DNA of 24,000 nt from Candidatus Saccharimonadota bacterium (GCA_009992235.1 JAACVZ010000001.1:111465-135464); one strand, 5' to 3'; positions 1 through 8,906 are shown, counted from the first letter of the stretch. Notes: generated by a model from the sequence alone, not told the origin. Numbers and translations are program-made.

Positions 1-2
1 AT

Positions 3-3000
3 CAAACTAGTCCTACGGCTGTTATTAATTCTACTATGTCAGGAACGGTTACTGATATCTCAGCACTCGATTCTCATACTTGTGCAGTAGCTGGCGGTCA
101 AGCGTATTGCTGGGGTAGTGGAGCTTTTGGGCGCGTGGGCAATGGTAGTACTACTTCTACAATAGCCTCACCACAGGCGGTTATTAATTCTACTATGTCC
201 GGTACTGTGACTGCTATCTCGGCTGGGCGCAACCACACCTGCGCCATCGCGGGCGGCCAAGCCTATTGCTGGGGAAGTGCAAGCGACGGACAAATTGGCT
301 ATTTCTTCGGCTCGTATAAGACTGCACCTCTAGTGGTTCTAGGGTCTATAAGCTTTCTCGGCGGCTATAGAGACCTGGGTACTGTCTCTGGCTTTGTTGT
401 AGATTTCGGATTGGGGCGAAAGACTCAGTGGTATAGCGTAGATTGGCAAACAGACGAGCTGCCAGCAAATACATCGCTCAGCTTCTCGGCCAGGACTAGC
501 AACGACAATGAAGCGTGGTCTGCCTGGAGCGATGAGTTTACGCAGTCTAGCGTTGGTAGCGTGTCCGGGTCCGGCAACATTGACACCCTGCCTATTTCGC
601 GGTTTATAGAACTTAAATTAACGCTAAACAGCGCTGATAGTTCAGTGTCCCCAACGGTGAATAGTTTCTCGCTAAGCTATATGAACGACTCTCAGACACC
701 TGTTCAAAATGCTAGTAGTATTGCCGTGAAGCGCTCGCAAGACGGTGCGTCGATACAAAACGAAGGCTGGATAAACACCCAGACGCCATACGTTACATGG
801 CAGCCGGGCGAAGACGACATTAATGGCTCGGGCCTACTTGGTTATTGTATGTACCTCGGGCAGGACGCAACGGCCGACCTCACTCAAACTGGTGGTATAT
901 TAGGCGACTCGCCTATAGAAACCGGTGGCGCATGTCAGTATGCGGTCGATACGGCTTCGCTTGACCTCGCGCAGCCCGGCGTTCTTAGTCAGGTGCTCGA
1001 AGACAATGGTCAGCCGTACCACTTGCTCATAAAAGCTATAGATAATGCAGGAAATGTTTACGGTGGTGTCGCTGAACAATTTAGCTTTAACTTTGACTCC
1101 ACTCCCCCATCTAACCCAGCATTTATTTCCGCACCTTCGCAGTTCGTGGCTACCAAAAATGTTATCCTTACTTGGCCTACCTCTGGCGATCAAGCCCCTG
1201 CCGATAGTGGCAGTGGTGTCGCTGGTCTACAATACAAAATAGGATCTGGCGGTACGTGGTCGGACACACTCGCAAATAGTGGTAGCTACCAGACGAGCCC
1301 CGAGGTTGATTACCCGCTACTTGGCGAGGGTAACAACTTGGTCTACTTCAGGACAGTAGACAACGCCGGTAATATATCGACCTCGAATGTAACGGCGGTT
1401 ATTCGCATCAACACCTCCTCACCTACTCAGCCACAGAATCTAGCAGTCACGCCAGAGACCAATACTGCTAACTCGTTTGGCTTTTCGTGGCAGGCGCCTT
1501 CAACATTCGTTGGATCGGCTGCCGGTGTCACGTATTGCTACACCGTAAACACGTTACCAACGGCAAATACTTGTCACTATACGGAACCTGGCCAGACATC
1601 ACTTGACGCTGACGCGTTTGCAACGCAGCCTGGTGATAACACAATGTATGTCGTGGCGAAGGATGAGGCCGGTAACGTTAACTACGCAACTTATGCAACA
1701 GTAGACTTTACGGCGAATACTCCAGCACCGGGCATTCCTGGTAATTTTGAAATGGCTGATGTTTCAACCAAAGACGCTCAAATATGGAAGCTAGCTCTTT
1801 CTTGGGAAGAGCCGGAAAATACAGGCGCTGGAGTGGCGCGTTACTCGATTCATCGTTCAACAGACGACATCAATTATTCGGAGGTCGCAACCGCGAGTGG
1901 ACTAAGTTATGTCGATGGGTCGCTTAATCAAGTAACCTATTACTACAAGGTCCGAGCTTGTGACTCTGCCAATAACTGCGGTGCCTTTTCGGAGCCTTTG
2001 GCTAAGTTACCGACTGGACGCTATACAACCGCTCCGGAGCTGATTAGTAACGTATCGGTTGAAGTCGGCACTCGTCAGGCGAGGTTCAACTGGGTGACCG
2101 ACAGAGAGAGCGACAGTCGCATTCAGTATGGCACAGAGAGCGGCGTCTATAAGCCAGGTGAAGTGACGATTAGCGAAATGGTGAAATCACACAGCGTAGA
2201 AGTTGAAAACCTTGAAGCCGGCATGACGTACTACTATCGAGTGAAGTGGATGGACGAGGACGGTAATATAGGTGTTAGCGGCGAGTTGAGCTTCACTACC
2301 CTTCCGGCACCTGTCGTGAAGGATGTAGAAGTTATTAAAAAGAGCCTCAATAGTGCTTTGATTCAGTTCACTTCGACCGATGCAACCAGGGTAAGCATTA
2401 ACTACGGTAAGACGGACAGTTTTGGAGGCATTAAGACAATTAACACCTCAAGTAGCGAGTCATCGTACATTATTGAACTTGACGGACTTGACGACGGCGC
2501 CCTTTATTCCTATAAGCTTACAACCTTCGATAGCGAAGGCAATCAATACGATACGAGGCAAATTAATACCTTCACCACCCCTGCCCGACCGCAAATATCT
2601 AACCTACGATTCCAGCCAGTCGAAGGCGAGCCAACCAGTACGCAGGAAGTCAGCTGGACAACGAATGTTCCAGCGTCATCAACTATTACGTATGGTAAGA
2701 CTGGAACGAATGGTGTTGATATATTCTCTTCTCGCATGACCACTGATCATAAGTCTGTCGTTCGAGGGCTCGAAGACGACAGCCAGTACTTCCTACTCGC
2801 CCAAAGTCGTGACGCCGACGGCAACCTTGCGGTAAGTGACAGGCAGTTCTTCCGCACCGCACTAGATACTCGGCCACCGAAAATCTCTGACGTACTTGTT
2901 GAGACATCGGTCCGTGGTAATGGTAGCGAAGCCCGCGGTCAAATTGTGGTGTCTTGGAAGACCGACGAACTCGCGACTAGCCAAGTCGCCTACGCCGACG

Positions 3001-3236
3001 GCGGCGGTGGTACAGAATATACCAGCAAGACTGCTCAGGACGGTCGCTTAACAACCGACCACGTCGTCATCATTTCTGACTTACCTGTTTCACGCGTCTA
3101 TCAGCTACAGCCAATATCGGAAGACCAGTCTCGTAATGAGACTAGCGGTTCGAACCAATCGGCAATCATTGGTCGAGCGTCTGACAGCGTACTCAACATA
3201 ATTCTTAACGCACTGAACAGGGTGTTCGGATTCTAA
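3..3236 (+). CDS. Large secreted/surface repeat protein, 5' end outside the window: RCC1-like repeats followed by multiple FN3-like domains
   Basis: The frame is open from base 3 through the listed M at 36 to TAA at 3234-3236. Two near-identical 53-aa repeats contain HTCAVAGGQAYCWGS. Downstream are many FN3-like segments (YYYRVKWMDEDGN, PPKISDV, ATSQVAY, YQLQPISED). Confidence 0.85.
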   Translation, partial: QTSPTAVINSTMSGTVTDISALDSHTCAVAGGQAYCWGSGAFGRVGNGSTTSTIASPQAVINSTMSGTVTAISAGRNHTCAIAGGQAYCWGSASDGQIGYFFGSYKTAPLVVLGSISFLGGYRDLGTVSGFVVDFGLGRKTQWYSVDWQTDELPANTSLSFSARTSNDNEAWSAWSDEFTQSSVGSVSGSGNIDTLPISRFIELKLTLNSADSSVSPTVNSFSLSYMNDSQTPVQNASSIAVKRSQDGASIQNEGWINTQTPYVTWQPGEDDINGSGLLGYCMYLGQDATADLTQTGGILGDSPIETGGACQYAVDTASLDLAQPGVLSQVLEDNGQPYHLLIKAIDNAGNVYGGVAEQFSFNFDSTPPSNPAFISAPSQFVATKNVILTWPTSGDQAPADSGSGVAGLQYKIGSGGTWSDTLANSGSYQTSPEVDYPLLGEGNNLVYFRTVDNAGNISTSNVTAVIRINTSSPTQPQNLAVTPETNTANSFGFSWQAPSTFVGSAAGVTYCYTVNTLPTANTCHYTEPGQTSLDADAFATQPGDNTMYVVAKDEAGNVNYATYATVDFTANTPAPGIPGNFEMADVSTKDAQIWKLALSWEEPENTGAGVARYSIHRSTDDINYSEVATASGLSYVDGSLNQVTYYYKVRACDSANNCGAFSEPLAKLPTGRYTTAPELISNVSVEVGTRQARFNWVTDRESDSRIQYGTESGVYKPGEVTISEMVKSHSVEVENLEAGMTYYYRVKWMDEDGNIGVSGELSFTTLPAPVVKDVEVIKKSLNSALIQFTSTDATRVSINYGKTDSFGGIKTINTSSSESSYIIELDGLDDGALYSYKLTTFDSEGNQYDTRQINTFTTPARPQISNLRFQPVEGEPTSTQEVSWTTNVPASSTITYGKTGTNGVDIFSSRMTTDHKSVVRGLEDDSQYFLLAQSRDADGNLAVSDRQFFRTALDTRPPKISDVLVETSVRGNGSEARGQIVVSWKTDELATSQVAYADGGGGTEYTSKTAQDGRLTTDHVVIISDLPVSRVYQLQPISEDQSRNETSGSNQSAIIGRASDSVLNIILNALNRVFGF

Positions 3237-3237
3237 T

Positions 3238-4011
3238 ATGACAAAACCAGAACCACTTATTGAGGTAAAGAATGTAAGCAAGAGTTTCCAGACCCCAGGT
3301 GGTGCTGTTGAGGTACTTCGTAATGTAAATTTCGAGATTCCAGAAGGAAGCTTCACGATTATTTACGGACCTTCGGGAAGCGGAAAGTCGACACTACTCA
3401 ACCTACTCATTGGTCTCGATGCACCAACGTCTGGCAAGGTCACCTATGCGGGCAAAGATCTCTACGCCATGGACAAAAACGAGCGAGCCTACTTTCGTGC
3501 TCATACGTTAGGCATGGTTCAGCAAGCAGATCATTGGGTGAAGAGTTTGAATGTTCTAGAGAATGTTGCACTTCCCCTCTACTTCTCGGGACTCGATAGC
3601 GACAAAGCGCGGGAAGGCGCTGAACTTTCACTGAAACGGGTTGGCATGGAGCCGCATGCTCATAAGAAGCCAATGGTGCTATCTGGAGGTGAGCAACAGC
3701 GTGTCGCTATGGCAAGGGCGCTAGTGAACCATCCGACATACATCACGGCCGATGAGCCAACCGGAAACCTCGACAGTCATAATGGCGACCAACTTATTCG
3801 ATTGCTAAAAGATTTAAACGTGAATTATAAAAGAACAATTGTTTTGGTGACGCACAACCTTGAGTACTTGTCTGTGGGTGATCAGCTCATCTTGATAGAA
3901 GATGGTGTCGCGACAGAAACGAAGAACACTGACGTTTCGGTTATTACGAATAGATTGCTGGCAGATACCAAGAAGCGTATAGATGGGTGGCGATATGACA
4001 GAAAGAAATAA
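3238..4011 (+). CDS. ABC transporter ATP-binding protein, MacB/LolD/FtsE-like
   Basis: Walker A GPSGSGKST, signature LSGGEQQRVAMARAL, Walker B ITADEPTGNLDS, H-loop VTHN. Starts 1 bp after the upstream stop codon. Confidence 0.95.
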   Translation: MTKPEPLIEVKNVSKSFQTPGGAVEVLRNVNFEIPEGSFTIIYGPSGSGKSTLLNLLIGLDAPTSGKVTYAGKDLYAMDKNERAYFRAHTLGMVQQADHWVKSLNVLENVALPLYFSGLDSDKAREGAELSLKRVGMEPHAHKKPMVLSGGEQQRVAMARALVNHPTYITADEPTGNLDSHNGDQLIRLLKDLNVNYKRTIVLVTHNLEYLSVGDQLILIEDGVATETKNTDVSVITNRLLADTKKRIDGWRYDRKK

Positions 4012-5200
4012 ACCCGTCCAGGCGCACGTCGGCTACGACGTTATCATTAGAATGGCGATTGCCAACCTTCGCTTTAAGGGTTTTCGAAGCGCCATTACAC
4101 TTACTGGTGTTGTTATTGGTATAGGTTCTATATACTTCTTGATTTCATTTGGTATTGGCGTGCAACAACTGGTTCAAGGACAAGTTATTGGCAACCAGTC
4201 TATTAACACAGTCGATATATCACCCTCTAACTCTGCAATTATTAGCCTATCTCAGGACAACATGGACCAGATAGGCGCCGTGTCGAATGTTAATGACCTG
4301 ACTGGTGTATACATGCTTGCCAGCCAGGTGACGCTTGACGGCTCGTCTGTTGACCTGGTGGCCTATGGTGTGCAGAACACGTACATGAAGTTGAGTAACC
4401 TAACTATCGAGGCTGGAGCGGCTCTCAGTGAGTCTGGTGAGGACGAAATTATTATTAACACGTCCTTGCTTGAAGCTCTCGGCGTTCGTGAATTCAAGAC
4501 GGTCATTGGCAAAGACATAAAAGTGAAATTGGTAATTCAGGATAAAACCGTTGAGAAGGACATGAATGTTATTGGGGTTGTTAACTCTGGTGCTGGGTCG
4601 GAGATCTTCGTATCGCAAAACGTATTCCGAGACGCGGGCGTTGAAAACTATACCCAGGCCAAGGCGGTTGTAGACGATAGAGAGAGGGTTTCCGATGTAC
4701 GTCGCAGCATTGAAAGTATGGGATACGAAACTACCTCTCCTATTGATACGCTAGATCAAATTAATGAAGTGTTCCGCGTATTTAACATTGTGCTCATCGG
4801 TCTTGGAAGCACCGGTATGGTCATTGCAATACTTGGAATGATAAACACTCTCACTGTTTCGCTGCTCGAGCGAACGCGTGAAATTGCCTTAATGATTACC
4901 ATTGGCGCTAGGCCAAAAGACATGAAGCGATTATTCACGGTTGAAGCGATGATTTTGTCTGGTTTCGGTGGTGTCATCGGTATACTGGTTGCAACACTTG
5001 GTGGGCTTTCCGTCGATCTGTTCTTGAACCGAATGGCCTCCGGTAGAGGTGTTACCGAAAGCTTTACAATATTCGCCATATCCCCTCTTCTCATTCTGGG
5101 AACGCTAGTTTTCATTATAGGTATGGGTGCTGCCGTTTCTTACTTGCCGGCCCGACGAGCGGCTAAAATTGATCCGATGAAAGCATTGCGGCAGGAATAA
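3995..5200 (+). CDS. ABC transporter permease, MacB/FtsX family
   Basis: N-terminal TM and MacB-like extracytoplasmic region, then an FtsX-like C-terminus (LGMINTLTVSLLERTREIALMITIGARPKDMKRLF...LPARRAAKIDPMKALRQE). Overlaps the ATPase gene. The ORF track starts at 3983; MTERNK at 3995 is also possible. Confidence 0.92.
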   Translation: MTERNKPVQAHVGYDVIIRMAIANLRFKGFRSAITLTGVVIGIGSIYFLISFGIGVQQLVQGQVIGNQSINTVDISPSNSAIISLSQDNMDQIGAVSNVNDLTGVYMLASQVTLDGSSVDLVAYGVQNTYMKLSNLTIEAGAALSESGEDEIIINTSLLEALGVREFKTVIGKDIKVKLVIQDKTVEKDMNVIGVVNSGAGSEIFVSQNVFRDAGVENYTQAKAVVDDRERVSDVRRSIESMGYETTSPIDTLDQINEVFRVFNIVLIGLGSTGMVIAILGMINTLTVSLLERTREIALMITIGARPKDMKRLFTVEAMILSGFGGVIGILVATLGGLSVDLFLNRMASGRGVTESFTIFAISPLLILGTLVFIIGMGAAVSYLPARRAAKIDPMKALRQE

Positions 5201-5203
5201 ATT

Positions 5204-5278
5204 TGGTGACCTCACCGGGAATCGAACCCGGATTGCCAGGATGAGAACCTGGTGTCCTAACCGTTAGACGATGAGGCC
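5204..5278 (-). tRNA. tRNA-Glu (anticodon CTC), CCA encoded
   Basis: The minus strand reads GGCCTCATCGTCTAACGGTTAGGACACCAGGTTCTCATCCTGGCAATCCGGGTTCGATTCCCGGTGAGGTCACCA. Acceptor GGCCTCA/TGAGGTC, anticodon loop TTCTCAT, T-arm CCGGG-TTCGATT-CCCGG. Confidence 0.96.
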
Positions 5279-5296
5279 AAATTGTGAGTGAAGCGT

Positions 5297-5320
5297 ATTT
5301 TAAAAGTATACTTTTAAAAT
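5297..5320. repeat. Perfect 24-bp palindrome ATTTTAAAAGTATACTTTTAAAAT
   Basis: Exactly self-reverse-complementary. Located 18 bp upstream of the tRNA-Glu 5' end. Confidence 0.95.
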
Positions 5321-5426
5321 CGATTCCGAGCAATTTGGCTGTATATCCGAAGGATATGAGGCCATAAATGCTTTACTACTCTAGCAAAAACTGGCCACTG
5401 TGTCTATATGTGCCAAGGGGTAGTAA

Positions 5427-5455
5427 TTGACATTAGTCAAAATCGGTGTTATTAT
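5427..5455 (+). promoter_or_regulatory. Predicted sigma70-type promoter for the small ORF at 5496
   Basis: TTGACA (5427-5432), 17-nt spacer, TATTAT (5450-5455), with the extended -10 TGT at 5447-5449. An overlapping TATAAT lies at 5453-5458. Confidence 0.7.
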
Positions 5456-5495
5456 AATATGGTTGCTATCCGATACCTAAGAAACGAGACGTGTC

Positions 5496-5831
5496 TTGGC
5501 CGAAGAAGTTTCCGTCGACGAGAAGAGAGGGCGTGAAGAGAAGGCTCTTTACGAATCTGTTCAGGCGGCATTCAAGAATAAATCGCCAGGTGTTAATACT
5601 ACCCGTATGGGTAATGGCAAGGACCTGTCCCTCGACAGGGTCCCCGTTCCTCCAAACGCGCCGGTGACGTTCTACGGTAAGAGTTCGAGCGACGTGACAA
5701 TCGATTGCGGAGTGCTTGAGGGCCGTAACGTCACTATCCGCATTATGGATGGTACCACGAAGGTAGTTAGGCGATCCATCATCAAAGATGTACACTCTCG
5801 AGTCTCGGCGCAGTTCGCTGCGCAGTGGTAG
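5496..5831 (+). CDS. Hypothetical protein, 111 aa (TTG start), no family recognised
   Basis: ORF framed by a consensus-like promoter upstream and a rho-independent terminator 15 bp downstream. No recognised domain. Confidence 0.65.
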   Translation: MAEEVSVDEKRGREEKALYESVQAAFKNKSPGVNTTRMGNGKDLSLDRVPVPPNAPVTFYGKSSSDVTIDCGVLEGRNVTIRIMDGTTKVVRRSIIKDVHSRVSAQFAAQW

Positions 5832-5846
5832 GAAGGATACGCAATT

Positions 5847-5880
5847 GCCCGCAGCTGAAAAGTTGCGGGCGTTTCCTTTT
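5847..5880 (+). terminator. Rho-independent terminator
   Basis: GCCCGCAGCT-GAAA-AGTTGCGGGC (10-bp stem with one G-U pair, tetraloop) followed by GTTTCCTTTT. Confidence 0.85.
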
Positions 5881-5890
5881 GAGCCAGAAG

Positions 5891-6265
5891 TTAAGCGCCG
5901 AGTCGTTCAATCACGCTGAGTAATTTACTTGGGGTGATTTCTGCTTTTATGAGATAGCCATCGGCGTGTTTTTCCATTTCGGCGCGCGAATCGTCGTCTT
6001 GCTCAAAATTAGTGAGTACAACAACCTTTGTGTTGGGTATTAGGTCTTCTTTTCCGCGCAGGGCGTTAAGAATGTCTCCTCCCCTGCGCTCAGGTAGCAT
6101 AACGTCGAGTAGTAGCAGATCGTAGGCTTTATTGCGAGCAGCAATGAGTCCATCGTTTCCGTCAACCATCCAGTCGACATCGTAGCCGGCCTTCTTGAGG
6201 CTACGGACATACATTTCGCCAATGAATCGGTCATCTTCGACAATAAGAATTGTATTAATAGCCAT
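5891..6265 (-). CDS. Response regulator consisting only of a receiver domain
   Basis: ILIVEDDRFIGEMY, LLLLDVMLPERRGG, VVVLTNF and YLIKAEITPSKL motifs. 124 aa with no output domain. Confidence 0.93.
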   Translation of the reverse strand: MAINTILIVEDDRFIGEMYVRSLKKAGYDVDWMVDGNDGLIAARNKAYDLLLLDVMLPERRGGDILNALRGKEDLIPNTKVVVLTNFEQDDDSRAEMEKHADGYLIKAEITPSKLLSVIERLGA

Positions 6266-6267
6266 TG

Positions 6268-7812
6268 CTACCCCCTGTACGCTGAATGATTTTTTATATA
6301 CACACCTGTTTCGGATTTTTTTAGTAACCCGTCATTGTTGTCGCCTGCGCGCAAAGAATCGGCAACCGATCGATACGTCGGCAGGGACACCGTAAATGTA
6401 GATCCCCTGCCCTCTTCACTTTGAACGCTAATAGTTCCTCCGTGTGACTCAACAATAGCTTTACTAATGTATAGGCCAATACCCGTACCGGCAACCGTTT
6501 CGCGCGATCGGTGTGACCGGTAGAACTTTTGGAAAAGGTTTCCGACAACGTTGCCCGGCATTCCAATACCGTGGTCTTTAATGGCTACATCTACCATATC
6601 TCCGTTGAGCGCCGCGGAAACAGCAATCGCACCACCTTCGTTGCTGTACTTTATGGCATTGTCGATAAGGTTGCCGAATACTTCGCCTAGGCTGGTGGTG
6701 TCGGCTGCAATAGTCGGAAGATCGTTTGGTATAGATACGGTGAGCAATCGGTTCTGGGAGCTGGCACGTAGGGCCATGTCGTCACGTATGGTGTCGTATA
6801 CGTCTATAACGGTCGTCTCGGCAAGGTGCATTTTTAGGTGTCGGCGATCGTAGCGTGAGGTGTTAAGTATGTTGTTTATGTAGCCAGAAAGTCTATTGGC
6901 AGATACTGCCAGGCGACGGAATAACTCTTTTTGATCGTCCTGGAGGACGTCACTGAGTTCGTCTTGGAAAACATCGAGGTAGCCGCGGATAACCGTAATT
7001 GGTCCCCGCAGTTCGTGGGCGGCAAAGGCTATGAAGTCGAGCTCCTCTTCGCCGACGCTATAGAGCTGTGTCCTATCGACGAGGACTAAGACGACTTCGT
7101 TTTTGGCGCCTTTGTTGTATGAAGCGATGATATCAAAAAATCGTCTATCTTCTTCGTTGGGTAGTTTATTGGCGACGCGGGCCCAGGTGTGCTCGGCCTT
7201 AACAGACGACTCTGCGCACTGTGTTAGCCAGGCGCTTAGAGTATCTTCTCCGTTGAATATAACATCGAGTGTCATGATACCGTCAGAGTCAACTCGTACC
7301 GGTGCGGCTTTGTTGGCGTAGGTTATTGCGTGGTGTTCGTCCATGGTAATGAATCCGCAAAGTGTGCTGTCGAGGGCCGCTTCGACGACATTTCTAGCTG
7401 GAGCCTCGGCGGGCGTAACGGCGTCATCTTCGGGCGCTGTTTGGGAGGCTAGACTATAGATGGTCTGCAGAACGACGCCAAGGCCGCTTTTTTCGAGAGC
7501 GCTGTCATTCGGTCGGGGTGGTGTCGTAGCGCTCGGTTCACCTGATACGTGCGTTACTGCTGAAAGAAGGTGTCGTAACGGCTTTGTGCTGTGTGCGTGG
7601 ACTAGGATCGCGGTTATGAGGCTGCTCATCGCCACTGCTGCGATAATAACAAGTGATTCCATCGGATAATTTAAGAGAGTGTCTTGAAAGAACCAGAGGG
7701 TTGCGGCGGTTAGTGTGGCAAAGAAAAGCACCAGTCCTGCGACTAGCCAAGTTGTTCGGCGTTCGAATCGTGGCCAAAAGTCGCGTACACGACGAGGCGC
7801 ATTTATTGCCAT
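6268..7812 (-). CDS. Membrane-bound sensor histidine kinase
   Basis: Two N-terminal TM segments, PAS-like middle region, H-box FIAFAAHELRGPITVIRGYL, N-box LIDNAIKYSNEGG, G-boxes DHGIGMP and GTGIGLYISKAIVESHGG. Confidence 0.94.
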   Translation of the reverse strand: MAINAPRRVRDFWPRFERRTTWLVAGLVLFFATLTAATLWFFQDTLLNYPMESLVIIAAVAMSSLITAILVHAHSTKPLRHLLSAVTHVSGEPSATTPPRPNDSALEKSGLGVVLQTIYSLASQTAPEDDAVTPAEAPARNVVEAALDSTLCGFITMDEHHAITYANKAAPVRVDSDGIMTLDVIFNGEDTLSAWLTQCAESSVKAEHTWARVANKLPNEEDRRFFDIIASYNKGAKNEVVLVLVDRTQLYSVGEEELDFIAFAAHELRGPITVIRGYLDVFQDELSDVLQDDQKELFRRLAVSANRLSGYINNILNTSRYDRRHLKMHLAETTVIDVYDTIRDDMALRASSQNRLLTVSIPNDLPTIAADTTSLGEVFGNLIDNAIKYSNEGGAIAVSAALNGDMVDVAIKDHGIGMPGNVVGNLFQKFYRSHRSRETVAGTGIGLYISKAIVESHGGTISVQSEEGRGSTFTVSLPTYRSVADSLRAGDNNDGLLKKSETGVYIKNHSAYRG

Positions 7813-8900
7813 GAAACCGCTCCGCTGCTTTTAGGGACGGCGGTTATCCAGGTTTGCCCTCGGGCTAGGGGGACGTCTTTGCCCGCTGCGTCGGTGAAGG
7901 TGATTTGCTCTTTTCGGCTTTTCTTCTGCCAGGTTACCTCTTTGGCTGTTCCATTTTGAAAGATGGTGGCGGTGCCTTTTCCGACGCTGTTTATTTGCTC
8001 GCGCCAGCCGTCTTCAAAAACGCGCTGCTCGCTGACTTCCATAGCAATAACGACACTTGGGCTAATCTGTCCAGACTCGCGGTCGAGGTGGGCCGCTCCG
8101 CCCTGTGAGCGGTGGTAGGTATTCGTTTTGGCGTCGTAGGTATAGCTGCTGTTATAAAGCTGACTACTTACTGTAACGTTGATGCGGGTTGCATCTGGCG
8201 TTTCGGCCGGCTGACTATCTTCTCGCGTGAACCCGGTGAATGATGACGATGTATAGCCCTTTGCCTTATTAAGCGCATCGAGTCGCTCGAAGTTGGTGTA
8301 GACGTTGTGCGGCGCGTAGCGATCGGTTGCTCGCCAGTATGTGCCCGGATTAAAGAACTGGTCTATGTCCCTATAGGTGCCGTTACGAATTTCAGTTAGG
8401 GCGGCCGCACTTCCGCCAACATGGGCAACGCTTGCATTAAAGGCAGCTAGCCAATCTACATAATACATGCGCAGGCTACGGACTGGACCAACCAGGCCTG
8501 GTTTTTGTTCCTGATAGATGACGAGGAATCGAGTAATTCCCCCCTCTGCGATTGCTTCAAATACGATGCCGCTGTCTTTAAGCCCAGACTGGGGGCGAGC
8601 ATCGGGGCTGTTTTCGATCATAATAGCCGTGGCTGGCTGTTTTGAAGCGGCTTCATCTTTTACTATATTCCCGGTGAGTGGCGAATAGTAAATAATCGGT
8701 TCAGGTTCAGGTTCGGGCGTCTCAACAGCAATCGCTTCAAACATCGACATGTCGCGATTGTTCATAAAGACAGCCGTAACAACACCTGAAATAAGTAACA
8801 GTACAATTAGGCTCCCAAGAATAACGGCACGTTTTTTGTGTCGTCGTATCCAGTTAAAGCGCGGAGTACTGGCAGTGGTGATAGATCGTCGTTTTCTCAT
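7803..8900 (-). CDS. DUF3048 (YerB-like) membrane-anchored protein
   Basis: N-terminal TM, PLTG..., ATAIMIENSPDARPQSGLKDSGIVFEAIAEGGITRFLVIYQE...GPVRSLRMYYVDW. Confidence 0.88.
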   Translation of the reverse strand: MRKRRSITTASTPRFNWIRRHKKRAVILGSLIVLLLISGVVTAVFMNNRDMSMFEAIAVETPEPEPEPIIYYSPLTGNIVKDEAASKQPATAIMIENSPDARPQSGLKDSGIVFEAIAEGGITRFLVIYQEQKPGLVGPVRSLRMYYVDWLAAFNASVAHVGGSAAALTEIRNGTYRDIDQFFNPGTYWRATDRYAPHNVYTNFERLDALNKAKGYTSSSFTGFTREDSQPAETPDATRINVTVSSQLYNSSYTYDAKTNTYHRSQGGAAHLDRESGQISPSVVIAMEVSEQRVFEDGWREQINSVGKGTATIFQNGTAKEVTWQKKSRKEQITFTDAAGKDVPLARGQTWITAVPKSSGAVSWQ

Positions 8901-8906
8901 GTATTC

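Noticed and set aside
900-3356. Short minus-strand and alternate-frame ORFs inside the large repeat gene
   Set aside because: They are fully nested in a long open frame with clear protein-domain signal. Compositions look random.
5466-5795. 109-aa minus-strand ORF
   Set aside because: It is antisense to the 5496-5831 ORF, which has a matching promoter and terminator on the plus strand. I cannot exclude it completely, but support is on the other strand.
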